Shown: positions 12,800 to 25,783 of the stretch, piece by piece
How the letters are laid out: each line of letters opens with the position of its first letter
How positions within the stretch are numbered: the first letter of the stretch is position 1
DNA from: Desulfuromonadales bacterium
Lineage (GTDB): Bacteria; Desulfobacterota; Desulfuromonadia; Desulfuromonadales; SZUA-540
Reading direction: 5' to 3'
Assembly: GCA_033549025.1 (NCBI GenBank)
Contig: JAWSUS010000011.1
Location: 1-64,000, forward strand
DNA: 64,000 nt
Position numbers and translations under genes: made by a program
Notes under the pieces: model-generated
Seen by the model: only the letters and a program-made list of their open reading frames with translations
The model's database searches: none
What the model was told of the DNA's origin: nothing

Positions 12800-13453
12800 T
12801 CACCCCTTTTGAAACACCAAAAGGGTTCTCTTGGCCCCGGAAAAGGGTAGTTCCAGACATTTTATTTCCAGACAACGCACCCCTATCCCTTGAAGCCAGG
12901 GTCGGTTGGACTCATATTCGGCTTCGCCCTCCGGTCCCTTCATACTGATAATACGGCCACCCGGTTTAAGGAAAGGCAGAGCGAATTGTATGAACGTTTT
13001 TAAGTCTGAAAAAGCCCTTGAAATGACAACTTCAAAAGCGTGGCTCATCTCGTCACCGGACGACAAAACCTCGGCCCGACCATGATAGGACTCGACACCA
13101 GAGAGCTTTAGACGACGACATACGTGGCGCTGAAAAAGGATTTTTTTTTGGATGGCATCGATCAGGACAACATGGAGCTGAGGCAAAACAATCTTTAAAG
13201 GGATACCGGGGAGCCCCGCCCCTGAACCCAAATCAAGCAGCTGTTTCCCGCCCGAAACCAGAGGATAAACCGTTAAGGAATCAACAAGGTGCTTCTCAAT
13301 AGCTTCTTTTCTGTCTTTGATAGCGGTCAGGTTTATCTTCTTGTTCCACTCCAACATTTCATCCAGATAGCACAGCAGATCTTCCGCTTGCTGGCCTGAC
13401 AGATTCACGCCAAACCTGAAAGCCCCCTCCTGCAAAAGGGTCACATCTTTCAT
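12800..13453 (-). CDS. rsmG: 16S rRNA m7G527 methyltransferase
   Basis: WN..INLT, DLGSGAGLPG, SRAF. Confidence 0.95.
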   Translation of the reverse strand: MKDVTLLQEGAFRFGVNLSGQQAEDLLCYLDEMLEWNKKINLTAIKDRKEAIEKHLVDSLTVYPLVSGGKQLLDLGSGAGLPGIPLKIVLPQLHVVLIDAIQKKILFQRHVCRRLKLSGVESYHGRAEVLSSGDEMSHAFEVVISRAFSDLKTFIQFALPFLKPGGRIISMKGPEGEAEYESNRPWLQGIGVRCLEIKCLELPFSGAKRTLLVFQKG

Positions 13454-15315
13454 TTGTGACGCCTCAACAGGATAGTCAAAATCGCTATGGCTGCCGGGGT
13501 TACCCCCGGTATTCTTGCAGCTTGCCCCAAGTTGACGGGGCGAACCCTTTCCAACTTCTCCCTGACCTCCGCCGTCAAACCTGACACAGCCTGATAATCG
13601 AAGCTTTCAGGAATCAAAATCTCTTCCGTCTTTTTAAACCTCTTAACTTGCTCTTCCTGTCGGCGGATATAGCCTTCGTATTTAACTTCAGTCTCCAAAA
13701 GGCTCAACACGACAGGCTCCAACGAAGCCAAATCAGGAGCCAAAAACTTTATGTCTTCAATCGTCAGTTGTGGCCGGCGCAAAAGGTCCTCCAGGGTCAG
13801 GGCGTTTTTCAGATCTTCCAGGCCCAACCTCAGGGAAGCTTCCTTGTCGGCAGGGGTGAGGCGGTTTCGCCGGAGAGTGGCCCTACAATTAGCCAAAGCT
13901 TCCATCTTGTCACCAAAAGCGTGCCAGCGCTCCCCATCCACAAGCCCAACCTGCTGGCCCAGAGGCGTTAAGCGCTGATCGGCATTATCTTCACGCAATA
14001 ACAGCCTGTGCTCAGCGCGGGAGGTAAACATCCGATAAGGCTCCTGGGTCCCCTTATTTACAAGATCATCGATCAACACACCAAGATAAGCCTGATCTCG
14101 CCCTATCACCACCTCATCCTTGCCCTTCGCAAACAGAGCCGCGTTGATGCCGGCCAGCAAACCCTGGGCGGCGGCCTCTTCATAGCCCGAGGTACCATTG
14201 ATCTGACCGGCATGGTAAAGACCTGATATTTCCTTGGTGGCAAGGGTAGGTTTCAATTGGATCGGATCCACGAAATCATACTCGATTGCGTAGCCGGGAC
14301 GCATTATTTCGACATTTTCAAGACCCTCGATGGTTCGCAGAAAAGCGAGCTGTACATCGGGGGGCAACGATGTGGAAACGCCATTGGGGTAAATCTCCAA
14401 ACTATCCAAACCCTCCGGCTCCAAAAACACCTGATGCTGAGCCTTTTCACGAAAACGCACAACCTTGTCTTCAATAGAAGGGCAATACCTGGCGCCAACC
14501 CCTTCAATAACCCCCGAGTACATCGGGGACCTACTTAAGTTGTTTAAAATTATTTCGTGGGTTTTTTCGTTTGTATAGGTAATAAAACAGGATCTCTTGT
14601 TCACCGGTTTGTTTTTGGGGACAAAAGAAAAGGGCTCAAAAGAATCATCACCCCACTGCTGCTCAAGATGCGCAAAATCGATACTTGCCGCCGACAATCG
14701 CGCCGGCGTTCCCGTCTTGAGGCGCCCCACCGAAAAACCCAACGACTTCAGTTGGGCGGACAACCCCTCCGAAGAGGGTTCGCCAGCTCGCCCACCAGGA
14801 TAGTTTTGCAAACCCACATGAATCAACCCGCGCATAAATGTGCCGGTGGTCAATACCACTGCCCTAGACTTAAAAACAATCCCTTCGCGCGTCTCCACCC
14901 CCGACACGCCCTGTCCAGCGAGCAACAAACGGACCACAACCCCTTGTTTAAGATCGAGGCGCGGTGTCTGCTCTATCACACCCTTCATGCGACGACTATA
15001 AAGATAACGGTCCGCCTGGGCCCTCGACGCTCTTACCGCCGGTCCTTTTTTTGTATTCAGAGTCCGAAATTGTATTCCAGTCGCATCAATATTACGCGCC
15101 ATCTCCCCGCCGAGAGCATCAACCTCCTTGACCAAGTGTCCTTTAGCCAACCCGCCAATCGCCGGGTTACACGACATTTGGGCCACCGTATCAAGACTGA
15201 TATTCAACAAAAGAGTGACACACCCCATACGGGCTGCGGCAAGGGCTGCCTCACAACCAGCGTGGCCAGCACCTACCACGATCACATCATAGATTTTGCC
15301 ATAATCACTTTTCAT
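13450..15315 (-). CDS. mnmG: tRNA modification enzyme MnmG (GidA)
   Basis: GAGHAGCEAA, MSCNPAIGG, RYCPSIEDK, GQINGTSGYEEA. Start 15315 or 15324. Confidence 0.98.
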   Translation of the reverse strand: MKSDYGKIYDVIVVGAGHAGCEAALAAARMGCVTLLLNISLDTVAQMSCNPAIGGLAKGHLVKEVDALGGEMARNIDATGIQFRTLNTKKGPAVRASRAQADRYLYSRRMKGVIEQTPRLDLKQGVVVRLLLAGQGVSGVETREGIVFKSRAVVLTTGTFMRGLIHVGLQNYPGGRAGEPSSEGLSAQLKSLGFSVGRLKTGTPARLSAASIDFAHLEQQWGDDSFEPFSFVPKNKPVNKRSCFITYTNEKTHEIILNNLSRSPMYSGVIEGVGARYCPSIEDKVVRFREKAQHQVFLEPEGLDSLEIYPNGVSTSLPPDVQLAFLRTIEGLENVEIMRPGYAIEYDFVDPIQLKPTLATKEISGLYHAGQINGTSGYEEAAAQGLLAGINAALFAKGKDEVVIGRDQAYLGVLIDDLVNKGTQEPYRMFTSRAEHRLLLREDNADQRLTPLGQQVGLVDGERWHAFGDKMEALANCRATLRRNRLTPADKEASLRLGLEDLKNALTLEDLLRRPQLTIEDIKFLAPDLASLEPVVLSLLETEVKYEGYIRRQEEQVKRFKKTEEILIPESFDYQAVSGLTAEVREKLERVRPVNLGQAARIPGVTPAAIAILTILLRRHK

Positions 15316-15323
15316 GATGACCA

Positions 15324-15339
15324 TGTTTCACGTGAAACA
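15324..15339. promoter_or_regulatory. parS: parS centromere site
   Basis: Perfect palindrome TGTTTCACGTGAAACA between mnmE and mnmG. Confidence 0.95.
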
Positions 15340-15341
15340 GT

Positions 15342-16709
15342 TTATTTTCCAATACAGAACTTGCTGAAAATATTATTCAAAACATCATCCGGAGTAGTCT
15401 CACCGGTTATCTCGCCGAGGTGGGCTAGTGCCTCGCGAAGGTCCATGGCCAGAAATTCGGGGGAGTGAACCGCTGTCATATTTTCCAGAAAATTGAGAAG
15501 GTTTTTGCGGCAACGAAGAAGAGATTGGTAGTGACGGCGGTCCGAAAGCATGAAAGACTCGCCCCCCTCCTGAGACACATCCGCACCAAGGATCTGCTTA
15601 ATGCGTTTTTTAAGTTCCTCGACACCCTCGCCAGTACGTACGGAAACATTGACGTGTGGTAGCGCTGCAAAAAGCGGATCCAGTGGGGCCGGGGAAAGGT
15701 CGGCTTTATTCAAAACCAGCAGGGAAGGGACATTTTCAAGGAGATTCAGCGCCAGGTGATCATCGGAGGTGATCCCTTCGTGTCCGTCGATAACCAACAG
15801 AACAAGATCGGCACCGGCAATTTTATCTTTGGCCCGCTTGACACCTTCAGCCTCAACAATATCTTCTGTCTGACGAACCCCGGCAGTATCAATGAGCCGC
15901 AAAGGTAAACCTTCCAGCTGAACCGTTTCCTCCAGAGTGTCTCGGGTAGTGCCGGCCACATCCGTAACAATTGCACGAGATTCACCCAACAAGACATTTA
16001 AAAGGGAACTCTTACCGACATTGGGTCGACCGAAAATTAATACGGAGACCCCCTCCCTTAAAACGCGGCCAGAGTTAAAAGTAGACAATAAGTGATCCAT
16101 ATCTCCTGTTAACTGGCGAACTTGGAGAGCAATGCCATCAAAGGTATTGGGATCAATGTCTTCTTCAGGAAAATCAATATCTGCTTCAACATGAGACAAA
16201 ACGTCGAGCAGGGTGTTTTTATATTGCAAAAGGGACTGGTGTAATTTGCCTTGAAGCTGACTAACCGCTATACGTGCGGCCCCTTCGCTACGAGACCTGA
16301 TAAGATCAACGATCGCTTCAGCACGAGTTAGATCAATACGGCCGTTCAAAAAGGCGCGATAAGTGAATTCCCCAGGAGAGGCGAGCCGTGCTCCAGCCTC
16401 AATTAAAAGATCGAGAATCTGCATGACCACAACGGACCCACCGTGGCAATGAATTTCCACAACGTCTTCCCGGGTGAAAGACTTGGGACCACGCATGAGC
16501 ACGGCCATAACTTCATCAATAATAAGGCCATTGGCATTTTCAATATGGCCGAAGTAAAGATAGTGCGAGGACAGAGTATCAATGGGTTGGCTGGGAACAA
16601 AGCAGGATTTCAGAATGGATTCACTCAAAGGTCCCGAGATTCTGATGATGGCAATACCACCTTCTCCCACAGCAGTGGCCGGAGCTGCAATCGTATCCTC
16701 TGAGTACAC
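15342..16709 (-). CDS. mnmE: tRNA modification GTPase MnmE
   Basis: DTIAA, GRPNVGKSS, GTTRD, FCIGK. GTG start assumed. Confidence 0.97.
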   Translation of the reverse strand: MYSEDTIAAPATAVGEGGIAIIRISGPLSESILKSCFVPSQPIDTLSSHYLYFGHIENANGLIIDEVMAVLMRGPKSFTREDVVEIHCHGGSVVVMQILDLLIEAGARLASPGEFTYRAFLNGRIDLTRAEAIVDLIRSRSEGAARIAVSQLQGKLHQSLLQYKNTLLDVLSHVEADIDFPEEDIDPNTFDGIALQVRQLTGDMDHLLSTFNSGRVLREGVSVLIFGRPNVGKSSLLNVLLGESRAIVTDVAGTTRDTLEETVQLEGLPLRLIDTAGVRQTEDIVEAEGVKRAKDKIAGADLVLLVIDGHEGITSDDHLALNLLENVPSLLVLNKADLSPAPLDPLFAALPHVNVSVRTGEGVEELKKRIKQILGADVSQEGGESFMLSDRRHYQSLLRCRKNLLNFLENMTAVHSPEFLAMDLREALAHLGEITGETTPDDVLNNIFSKFCIGK

Positions 16710-16865
16710 CTTTACCCTCACACAAGAGAGGCCATGAGACAAAATGTCAAACAGCCCCTCTCAAAAAATCCTGAAAGTCCTACGGCAGAAGAAAGTCTAT
16801 TACAAAGACGTTCACCGACCAGAAACCTCTATAAAATAAAACAGACCAACCAACCTCAAAAAATA

Positions 16866-18479
16866 CTAGGGTTTTACGGCGGACTTATTAATCAAATATT
16901 GTTGCAAAATAGTGAGAATATTATTTACAAGCCAATAAATGACCAGTCCGGATGGGAAATTAAGAAAGAGAAAGGTGAAAACAATGGGCATGACCATGAA
17001 AATTTTGGCCTGGGTAGGATCCATGGTTGAGGGGGTCATTTTCTGCTGCAAGAACATGGTACCACCCATAATGATAGGGGTAATATAGTAAGGGTCTTTG
17101 GCAGAAAGGTCGGTTATCCAGAGCGCAAAAGGAGCGTGTCTTAAATCTATGTTTCCCAGCAAAACTTTATAGAGTGCAAAAAAGACGGGAATCTGAATGA
17201 GCATGGGAAGGCAACCCCCTAAAGGATTGACTCGTTTGGTTTTGTAAAGTTCCATAATTTCACGGTTAAGACGCTCTTTGTCATTTTTGAACTTTTCCCT
17301 GATTTTTTGCATCTCAGGTTGCAGGGTCTGCATAGCCTTCATAGAAGAATAGCTCTTCTGGGTTAAAGGCCAGAAAACGATTTTAATAACTACAGTCAAC
17401 AGAATGATAGCGATACCGTAGTTTCCTACAAAGCTATAAAAGAAGTTCAGAACAAAAAGGAGAGGTCTGGCAATAAAATCAAAAATACCAAAATCGATGA
17501 TTTCTGAAAGACGATAATTGACAGTTTCAAGAATACCAGGATCGCGAGGACCCATATAAACAAGGTAGTCGAATGAGATGGATGTCTGTGGCAGAAGGGT
17601 CTGGAGGGGCGCCTTGACTTGATTGAAGATAGAATTACCATCACGGTAAATTTTTAGACTTTCAAGGGCATTATCCAATGGCACGATAGCAGACATGAAG
17701 TACTCGTCTTCAAAAGCCGTCCAAATAATATCGTCACCATACTCAACAGTCTTTTCAATAGCTTTCTTTTTGATTGTATCGACGTCATCGTTGACCAGAG
17801 TGGCGGGACCAACGAAGGAGAGACTGGAAGACTCGTTGAGTCTTTCGAAAGAGTTAACCAGAGCAAAGGAAATCTTTCCATCAACGGTTTTTTCAGAATT
17901 ATTGTAGACAAGAATCTGAGTGGAAAAATGATATCCGTCGCCTTCAAGAGAATATTTTTTGACCAGGGTGACACCGTGATCATTTACAAATTGAAACGAA
18001 AGATCTTTCTTTTCGCCAGGCTTGATGAAAAAATAATCTTCTTCAACATTGGGCTGAAAAAGATCATCTTTCCCTGAAAAGAGAAAACCTTCCCCAGCAT
18101 TGGTAAGCGTAGGCTGCAAAGGATCAGGCACCAGATTTATAAAACCCGCCCCATCCTTAGCCGTCTCTTTATATTTTTTTAACTGAAAACTCTTTAAATT
18201 GGCTCCGACATTAGAGAATACTGCAATAAAATTATCAGTTTCCACTGTAATTTCGCGAACCTTGACGTCTTTAGGAATTTTTCCCGTACCAGGATAAACA
18301 TCTGCCTGAATTTTAGGTTCAGGAGAAGGTGAAATCTCTGCCTTGGCCTGATTCTCCGTTGAAATGGCAGACTCCGACGAGCCTGGGGCCTGATCGACCT
18401 GAGTTTGAGAATAGAGAGTAAACCCAACCCAGACAACCAGCATAAGAACCAAGGCGATAATTGTATTTTTATTTTCCAT
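16866..18479 (-). CDS. yidC: Membrane protein insertase YidC
   Basis: NPLGGCLPMLIQIP, FPSGLVIYW. Confidence 0.96.
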   Translation of the reverse strand: MENKNTIIALVLMLVVWVGFTLYSQTQVDQAPGSSESAISTENQAKAEISPSPEPKIQADVYPGTGKIPKDVKVREITVETDNFIAVFSNVGANLKSFQLKKYKETAKDGAGFINLVPDPLQPTLTNAGEGFLFSGKDDLFQPNVEEDYFFIKPGEKKDLSFQFVNDHGVTLVKKYSLEGDGYHFSTQILVYNNSEKTVDGKISFALVNSFERLNESSSLSFVGPATLVNDDVDTIKKKAIEKTVEYGDDIIWTAFEDEYFMSAIVPLDNALESLKIYRDGNSIFNQVKAPLQTLLPQTSISFDYLVYMGPRDPGILETVNYRLSEIIDFGIFDFIARPLLFVLNFFYSFVGNYGIAIILLTVVIKIVFWPLTQKSYSSMKAMQTLQPEMQKIREKFKNDKERLNREIMELYKTKRVNPLGGCLPMLIQIPVFFALYKVLLGNIDLRHAPFALWITDLSAKDPYYITPIIMGGTMFLQQKMTPSTMDPTQAKIFMVMPIVFTFLFLNFPSGLVIYWLVNNILTILQQYLINKSAVKP

Positions 18480-18499
18480 ATGACGTTCTCCAAAAGACA

Positions 18500-18709
18500 T
18501 CAGGCGGGATCATAACCCCCAGGATGAAAAGGGTGACATTTCATTACACGAATGAAAATTTTGAATAGCCCTTTCAAAAATCCGTATTTTTCAAGACATT
18601 GAATGGCATATGAACTACAAGAGGGATAAAAACGGCAGGATGGCGCCTTTAACGGCGATATAAAAATCTGATAAAGTCGAAGAAAGGCAATTAAGAGTTT
18701 CCTAACCAT
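18500..18709 (-). CDS. yidD: Membrane protein insertion efficiency factor
   Basis: [20 protein letters not shown]. Confidence 0.95.
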   Translation of the reverse strand: MVRKLLIAFLRLYQIFISPLKAPSCRFYPSCSSYAIQCLEKYGFLKGLFKIFIRVMKCHPFHPGGYDPA

Positions 18710-18714
18710 AGAGA

Positions 18715-19071
18715 TTATTTATTCTCATTTCCTTGGGTAAGGAAATTAAGTTCCGAGGAAACTTGAGCGTAAGTAAGTGTGGATGCGCCTCTTTTACAAA
18801 TAATAGAAATATCCGTGCAGTCAGATAGTTCGTGATAGTGTAGCCTGAAAAATTCACGAACAAGGCGTTTAATATAATTTCGTTGAACGGCATTACCTGT
18901 CTTGCGACTGGCCGTAATACCCAATCGCTTTCCAGACCGGTCATGACTGAACTGATAAACGATAAATGATTTGGTGCGACAAGCAGATCCTTTTTCCCGC
19001 ACTAACATAAATTCCCACCTGTTTCGCAAGCGATAACCAGGTGGGAATTTATAGGAGCGGTTTAAGGACAC
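18715..19071 (-). CDS. rnpA: Ribonuclease P protein
   Basis: [24 protein letters not shown] start assumed. Confidence 0.92.
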   Translation of the reverse strand: MSLNRSYKFPPGYRLRNRWEFMLVREKGSACRTKSFIVYQFSHDRSGKRLGITASRKTGNAVQRNYIKRLVREFFRLHYHELSDCTDISIICKRGASTLTYAQVSSELNFLTQGNENK

Positions 19072-19078
19072 GAGTCGT

Positions 19079-19228
19079 TTATTTTTTGAGAATGGAAACG
19101 ACCAGTTGTTTCCTCCCACGAGCACGACGGCGTTTCAACACCAGGCGACCATTTTTGGTCTGCATACGCTGCCGAAAACCATGCGTTCTTTTTCTACGAA
19201 TTCTACTAGGCTGGTAAGTACGTTTCAT
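19079..19228 (-). CDS. rpmH: 50S ribosomal protein L34 (49 aa, not in ORF track)
   Basis: Hand translation [49 protein letters not shown]. Confidence 0.97.
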   Translation of the reverse strand: MKRTYQPSRIRRKRTHGFRQRMQTKNGRLVLKRRRARGRKQLVVSILKK

Positions 19229-19452
19229 ATCACGTCAACTCCCTTTTTAAAATCATTTGAAACAAATCGCATTTTTACCTCCACAGCCCCCCAGATGTCA
19301 AGAATATTTTTAAATATAAAAGAGGAACCACGGTGATCTCTAATTCTGGTGTCCAAAAAAATCTTGCAAAGAATCAGAGCCTTTGGTACTTTCACCAACA
19401 GGCTCAAAGGCCAAAGGTCTCAAAAAGGCCTTTCATGTTCAATATTTTAGAA

Positions 19453-19472
19453 ATATTCACAGCTGTGGAAAA
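19453..19472. promoter_or_regulatory. Paired DnaA boxes upstream of dnaA
   Basis: ATATTCACA and TGTGGAAAA, each one mismatch from TTATNCACA, in opposite orientation. Confidence 0.65.
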
Positions 19473-19533
19473 CTCTGTTAATATCCTCTCCTTCCATTCC
19501 ATTTTCAAAAGCAATAAAGTAAAGAATTAAGCC

Positions 19534-20895
19534 ATGAATAAACTTTGGCGAGAAACACTGGGCCTATTAGAGCAACAACTTCCGTCCCAGCATTTCTCCA
19601 CATGGATAAAACCAATCCGTTTCATAAACGTCGACAAGGACCTGGTCAAACTCGAGGTTCCCAATCGTTTTATCCTGGACTGGGTTAATGAACACTACTT
19701 ATCACTAATTAAAAAAATATTAGAAGAGGTTGGGGCTATCCCTTTTCAGGTAAAAATCAAAGTTGGAACGAGCCCAAAAGAAACAAAGCCCATTCAATAT
19801 AAAGAAATAAATAATGACCCACCAAAATCCAGTCCTGAGTCCCTCTCCCACCAAAAAGATAAAACCTGGAATGGGGCGATAAATCTAAACCCAAAGTACA
19901 CTTTCGAGGAATTTGTTTCAGGATCGTCCAACCAGTTTGCCTCAGCAGCCGCCATGGCTGTTGCAAACAACCCAGCCACCACATACAACCCACTTTTTAT
20001 TTATGGAGGTGTGGGACTCGGAAAAACCCACCTTATAAATGCAATTGGCAATAAAATTCTTTCACAAAACCCTTCGATGAGGGTTTGTTACTATACTTCT
20101 GAAAAATTCATGAATGAACTTATAAACTCTCTTAGATACGCAAAAATGGATGAGTTTAGAAACAAATTTAGAAGTATGGATGTTCTATTAATAGACGATG
20201 TGCAATTTATTGCCGGAAAAGAAAGAACACAAGAAGAATTCTTTCATACTTTTAATTCTTTATATGAATCACACAAGCAAATAGTTGTAACATCAGATAA
20301 ATTTCCAAAGGAAATACCAGGTCTTGAAGAAAGATTAAGATCACGGTTCGAATGGGGGCTAATTGCTGATATACAAGCGCCTGACGTTGAAACAAAGCAA
20401 GCTATTTTAAAAATGAAAGCTGAACAAAATAAAATTCATTTACCAGAAGATGTGGCACTATTTTTGTCAAATTCGATAAGCAGTAATGTAAGAGAATTAG
20501 AGGGATACTTGGTAAGACTCGGTGCTTATGCTAGCCTTACAGCAACACCAGTAACACTGACAATGGCCAAGGAAGTTCTTAAAGACATTCTAGTTGAAAA
20601 AAATAAAGAAATAACGGTAGAAGAGATTCAAAAAATCGTAGCTGCCTACTTTAATTTAAAAGTAATTGATTTAAAATCGTCAAAAAGATTAAAAACATTA
20701 GTCTTGCCAAGACAAATAGCAATGTATCTATCTAGACAATTGACATCTTTTTCTTTTCCAGACATAGGAGAAAAATTTGGGGGAAAAGATCACTCGACCA
20801 TAATCCATGCTATCAAAAAAATTGAAAAAGCAATGGATGATGATATGCAATTAAGAGTAACTATTTCTAATATAAAAAACAGCATAACACATTAG
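19534..20895 (+). CDS. dnaA: Replication initiator DnaA
   Basis: YNPLFIYGGVGLGKTHL, LLIDDVQF, RELEG, DHSTI. Confidence 0.99.
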   Translation: MNKLWRETLGLLEQQLPSQHFSTWIKPIRFINVDKDLVKLEVPNRFILDWVNEHYLSLIKKILEEVGAIPFQVKIKVGTSPKETKPIQYKEINNDPPKSSPESLSHQKDKTWNGAINLNPKYTFEEFVSGSSNQFASAAAMAVANNPATTYNPLFIYGGVGLGKTHLINAIGNKILSQNPSMRVCYYTSEKFMNELINSLRYAKMDEFRNKFRSMDVLLIDDVQFIAGKERTQEEFFHTFNSLYESHKQIVVTSDKFPKEIPGLEERLRSRFEWGLIADIQAPDVETKQAILKMKAEQNKIHLPEDVALFLSNSISSNVRELEGYLVRLGAYASLTATPVTLTMAKEVLKDILVEKNKEITVEEIQKIVAAYFNLKVIDLKSSKRLKTLVLPRQIAMYLSRQLTSFSFPDIGEKFGGKDHSTIIHAIKKIEKAMDDDMQLRVTISNIKNSITH

Positions 20896-21148
20896 ATTTT
20901 AGGTTGTTAAAAACGATAAAAAAACTTGTTTATAAGTGTTTTTTTATCCACAGAAAACACACCTCAAAAAAGTTATCAACAAAACCATTATTTTTCTTAA
21001 AGTATTGTAAACAGGGTTTTGAACAAGCTAAGTGTTTAAAATAAAAAGTATTTTTAAAACTATTAGACAATTAACAGCCCCTATTACTACTACTATGTTT
21101 TTAAAACAAACATAATAATAATAATTGGATAAATAATAGGAGTGAAAA
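20896..21148. other. oriC: Replication origin oriC (dnaA-dnaN intergenic)
   Basis: TTATCCACA 20944-20952, TTATCAACA 20973-20981 and further degenerate boxes. GCCCC is followed by trinucleotide run TATTACTACTACTA 21082-21095 and an AT-rich tract. Confidence 0.9.
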
Positions 21149-22267
21149 ATGCATTTTACTATATCAAAAGATTGTTTTCTTCGAGGTTTAGGAAAAGTGC
21201 AGGGTATTGTAGAGAAAAGAAATACGATTCCAATTTTATCTAATGTATTAATTGAAGCTAAAAATAATGAAGTTATTTTTACCGCCACAGATCTCGAGGT
21301 CGGTATTCAAACTTCATACGATTCAAATATTAAAGAAAATGGTAAAATTACAGTATCGGCAAAAAAAATATACGAAATTGTAAAAGAACTACCTGACTAT
21401 GAAATATCTTTTAAGGCAAAGGATAATTCATGGATAGAAATTAGATGCAATAAATCTGTATTCAATATTGTAGGACTTTCTTCAGAAGAATTTCCTTATT
21501 TTCCAGAATTTGATAATGTCAATTTTTTACAAATAAATTCTGACACTTTAAAAGAAATGTTAGAAAAAACATCATTTTCAATTTCGAATGATGAGACAAA
21601 ATATAATTTAAATGGAATTTTTATAAAAAATGTCAAAATTAATGACATTAAAAAACTTAGATTTGTGTCAACAGATGGCCATAGATTGTCATTAATCCAG
21701 AAGGAAATAAAAATCAATGAATTTCCTGAACTTAATAAAGGTGTTATTATTCCCAAAAAGGGGATTATGGAGTTAAGGAAAATAGTGGATGATAATATTG
21801 ACGTCATCAATATTGGTTTTATAGATAATAATGCAGTTATTAAACAGGGGAAAACAAACTTATTGATGAGGCTGGTTGATGGAGAATTTCCAGACTATGA
21901 TAGGGTTATACCAAAAGATAATAATATTAATATAGAAATAGATGTTAATAACCTTTTTCACGCTCTGAAAAGAATTTCTATTCTTGCCAGTGAAAAATCA
22001 AAAGGCATAAAACTCTCGTTCAATGAAAATAATTTAGTTATATCTTCTTCTAACCCTGATTATGGTGATGCAAAGGAAGATGTAAGTATCGATTATTCTG
22101 GACCAGAAATATCAATAGGATTTAATGCAAAATATTTATTGGATATATTAGGTGGTTACACAGAAGACAAAATAAAATTATCAATAAAGGATAATCTTTC
22201 ACCAGGATTGATCACTCCAATTGATAATAGTGATTATTTTGCAGTAGTAATGCCTATGCGGTTGTAA
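21149..22267 (+). CDS. dnaN: DNA polymerase III beta clamp
   Basis: PILSNVL, ATDLE, STDGHRL, VVMPMRL. Confidence 0.98.
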   Translation: MHFTISKDCFLRGLGKVQGIVEKRNTIPILSNVLIEAKNNEVIFTATDLEVGIQTSYDSNIKENGKITVSAKKIYEIVKELPDYEISFKAKDNSWIEIRCNKSVFNIVGLSSEEFPYFPEFDNVNFLQINSDTLKEMLEKTSFSISNDETKYNLNGIFIKNVKINDIKKLRFVSTDGHRLSLIQKEIKINEFPELNKGVIIPKKGIMELRKIVDDNIDVINIGFIDNNAVIKQGKTNLLMRLVDGEFPDYDRVIPKDNNINIEIDVNNLFHALKRISILASEKSKGIKLSFNENNLVISSSNPDYGDAKEDVSIDYSGPEISIGFNAKYLLDILGGYTEDKIKLSIKDNLSPGLITPIDNSDYFAVVMPMRL

Positions 22268-22279
22268 ACCAAATATAAT

Positions 22280-23347
22280 ATGATTTTAAAAAACATAAAG
22301 ATACATAACTTTAGAAATTTAAAAAATATTAATTTAGATTTTTGTAGCAAATTTAACGTTTTTTTTGGAAATAATGGTCAAGGTAAAACAAGCATAATTG
22401 AAGCTATATATCTTTTAGCAAATATGAAAAGTTTCAGGTCTGGAAAAAATTCAGACTTGATAACATTTGGAAAAAATGAAGCTTTAATAAACTCGGATAT
22501 AGATTTTTTCAAATGCCATAAAAATTATAAAATTATTATAAAAAGTGATGGTAAATCTTTTTTTATAAATAATAAAAGGCCTGATTATTTAAATGATTAT
22601 CTGGGTAGTTTAAAGGCAGTAGTTTTTAATCCTGAAGACGTTAATATAATAAATGGTTATCCGCAGCATAGAAGAGCTCTATTAGATAGAGCTATTTTTC
22701 TTTCAGAGCCTGACTATATAAATAAAATTTTATATTTTAATAAATGTTTGAAGCAAAGAAATCATGTTTTAAAAAATAATACTAAAAATATAATTGCATT
22801 CACTGATATTTTTTTAAAATCTTCATTTGAAATTTATAAAAATCGCATCCATTTTATAAAAAAACTAAATCCTATTTTTAAAAATGTTTATGAGAATATT
22901 TCTAAAAACTCAGAATCACCAGAAATATTATATAAAAATAACGATTTAACGACACTTTTCGAAAAATTGAAAAATGATCTAGATAAAAATAACGATAAAG
23001 AAAGAGAGTTTGGTCAAACACTATACGGACCACATAGAGATGATCCGTTATTTTTATTAAATAATGTACCAATAAAAAAATACGGATCCCAGGGACAACA
23101 AAAAACGTTCATTTTGGCTTTTAAGGCTGCACAAATACTTGAATTAAAAAAAAGTGTCGGTATTTCACCTGTTCTACTTTTAGACGACATGACTAGTGAA
23201 CTGGATCAAAGTAGGCAAAGTTTTTTTTATGATTTTTTATTAAATCAGGATGGGCAGGTTTTTTTAACGAGCACTGATAAAAAAATATTTTATAAAAATA
23301 AATTACTGTGCAATTTTTACGAAGTGAAAAATGGCGAAATAATTTAG
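22280..23347 (+). CDS. recF: DNA repair protein RecF
   Basis: NFRN, GNNGQGKT, GPHRDD, SQGQQK, LLLDDMTSELD. Confidence 0.96.
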   Translation: MILKNIKIHNFRNLKNINLDFCSKFNVFFGNNGQGKTSIIEAIYLLANMKSFRSGKNSDLITFGKNEALINSDIDFFKCHKNYKIIIKSDGKSFFINNKRPDYLNDYLGSLKAVVFNPEDVNIINGYPQHRRALLDRAIFLSEPDYINKILYFNKCLKQRNHVLKNNTKNIIAFTDIFLKSSFEIYKNRIHFIKKLNPIFKNVYENISKNSESPEILYKNNDLTTLFEKLKNDLDKNNDKEREFGQTLYGPHRDDPLFLLNNVPIKKYGSQGQQKTFILAFKAAQILELKKSVGISPVLLLDDMTSELDQSRQSFFYDFLLNQDGQVFLTSTDKKIFYKNKLLCNFYEVKNGEII

Positions 23348-25750
<2,403 letters not shown>

Positions 25751-25783
25751 TCCTTGGTGCACTAGGGTCTTTCCGGAGGAAAA

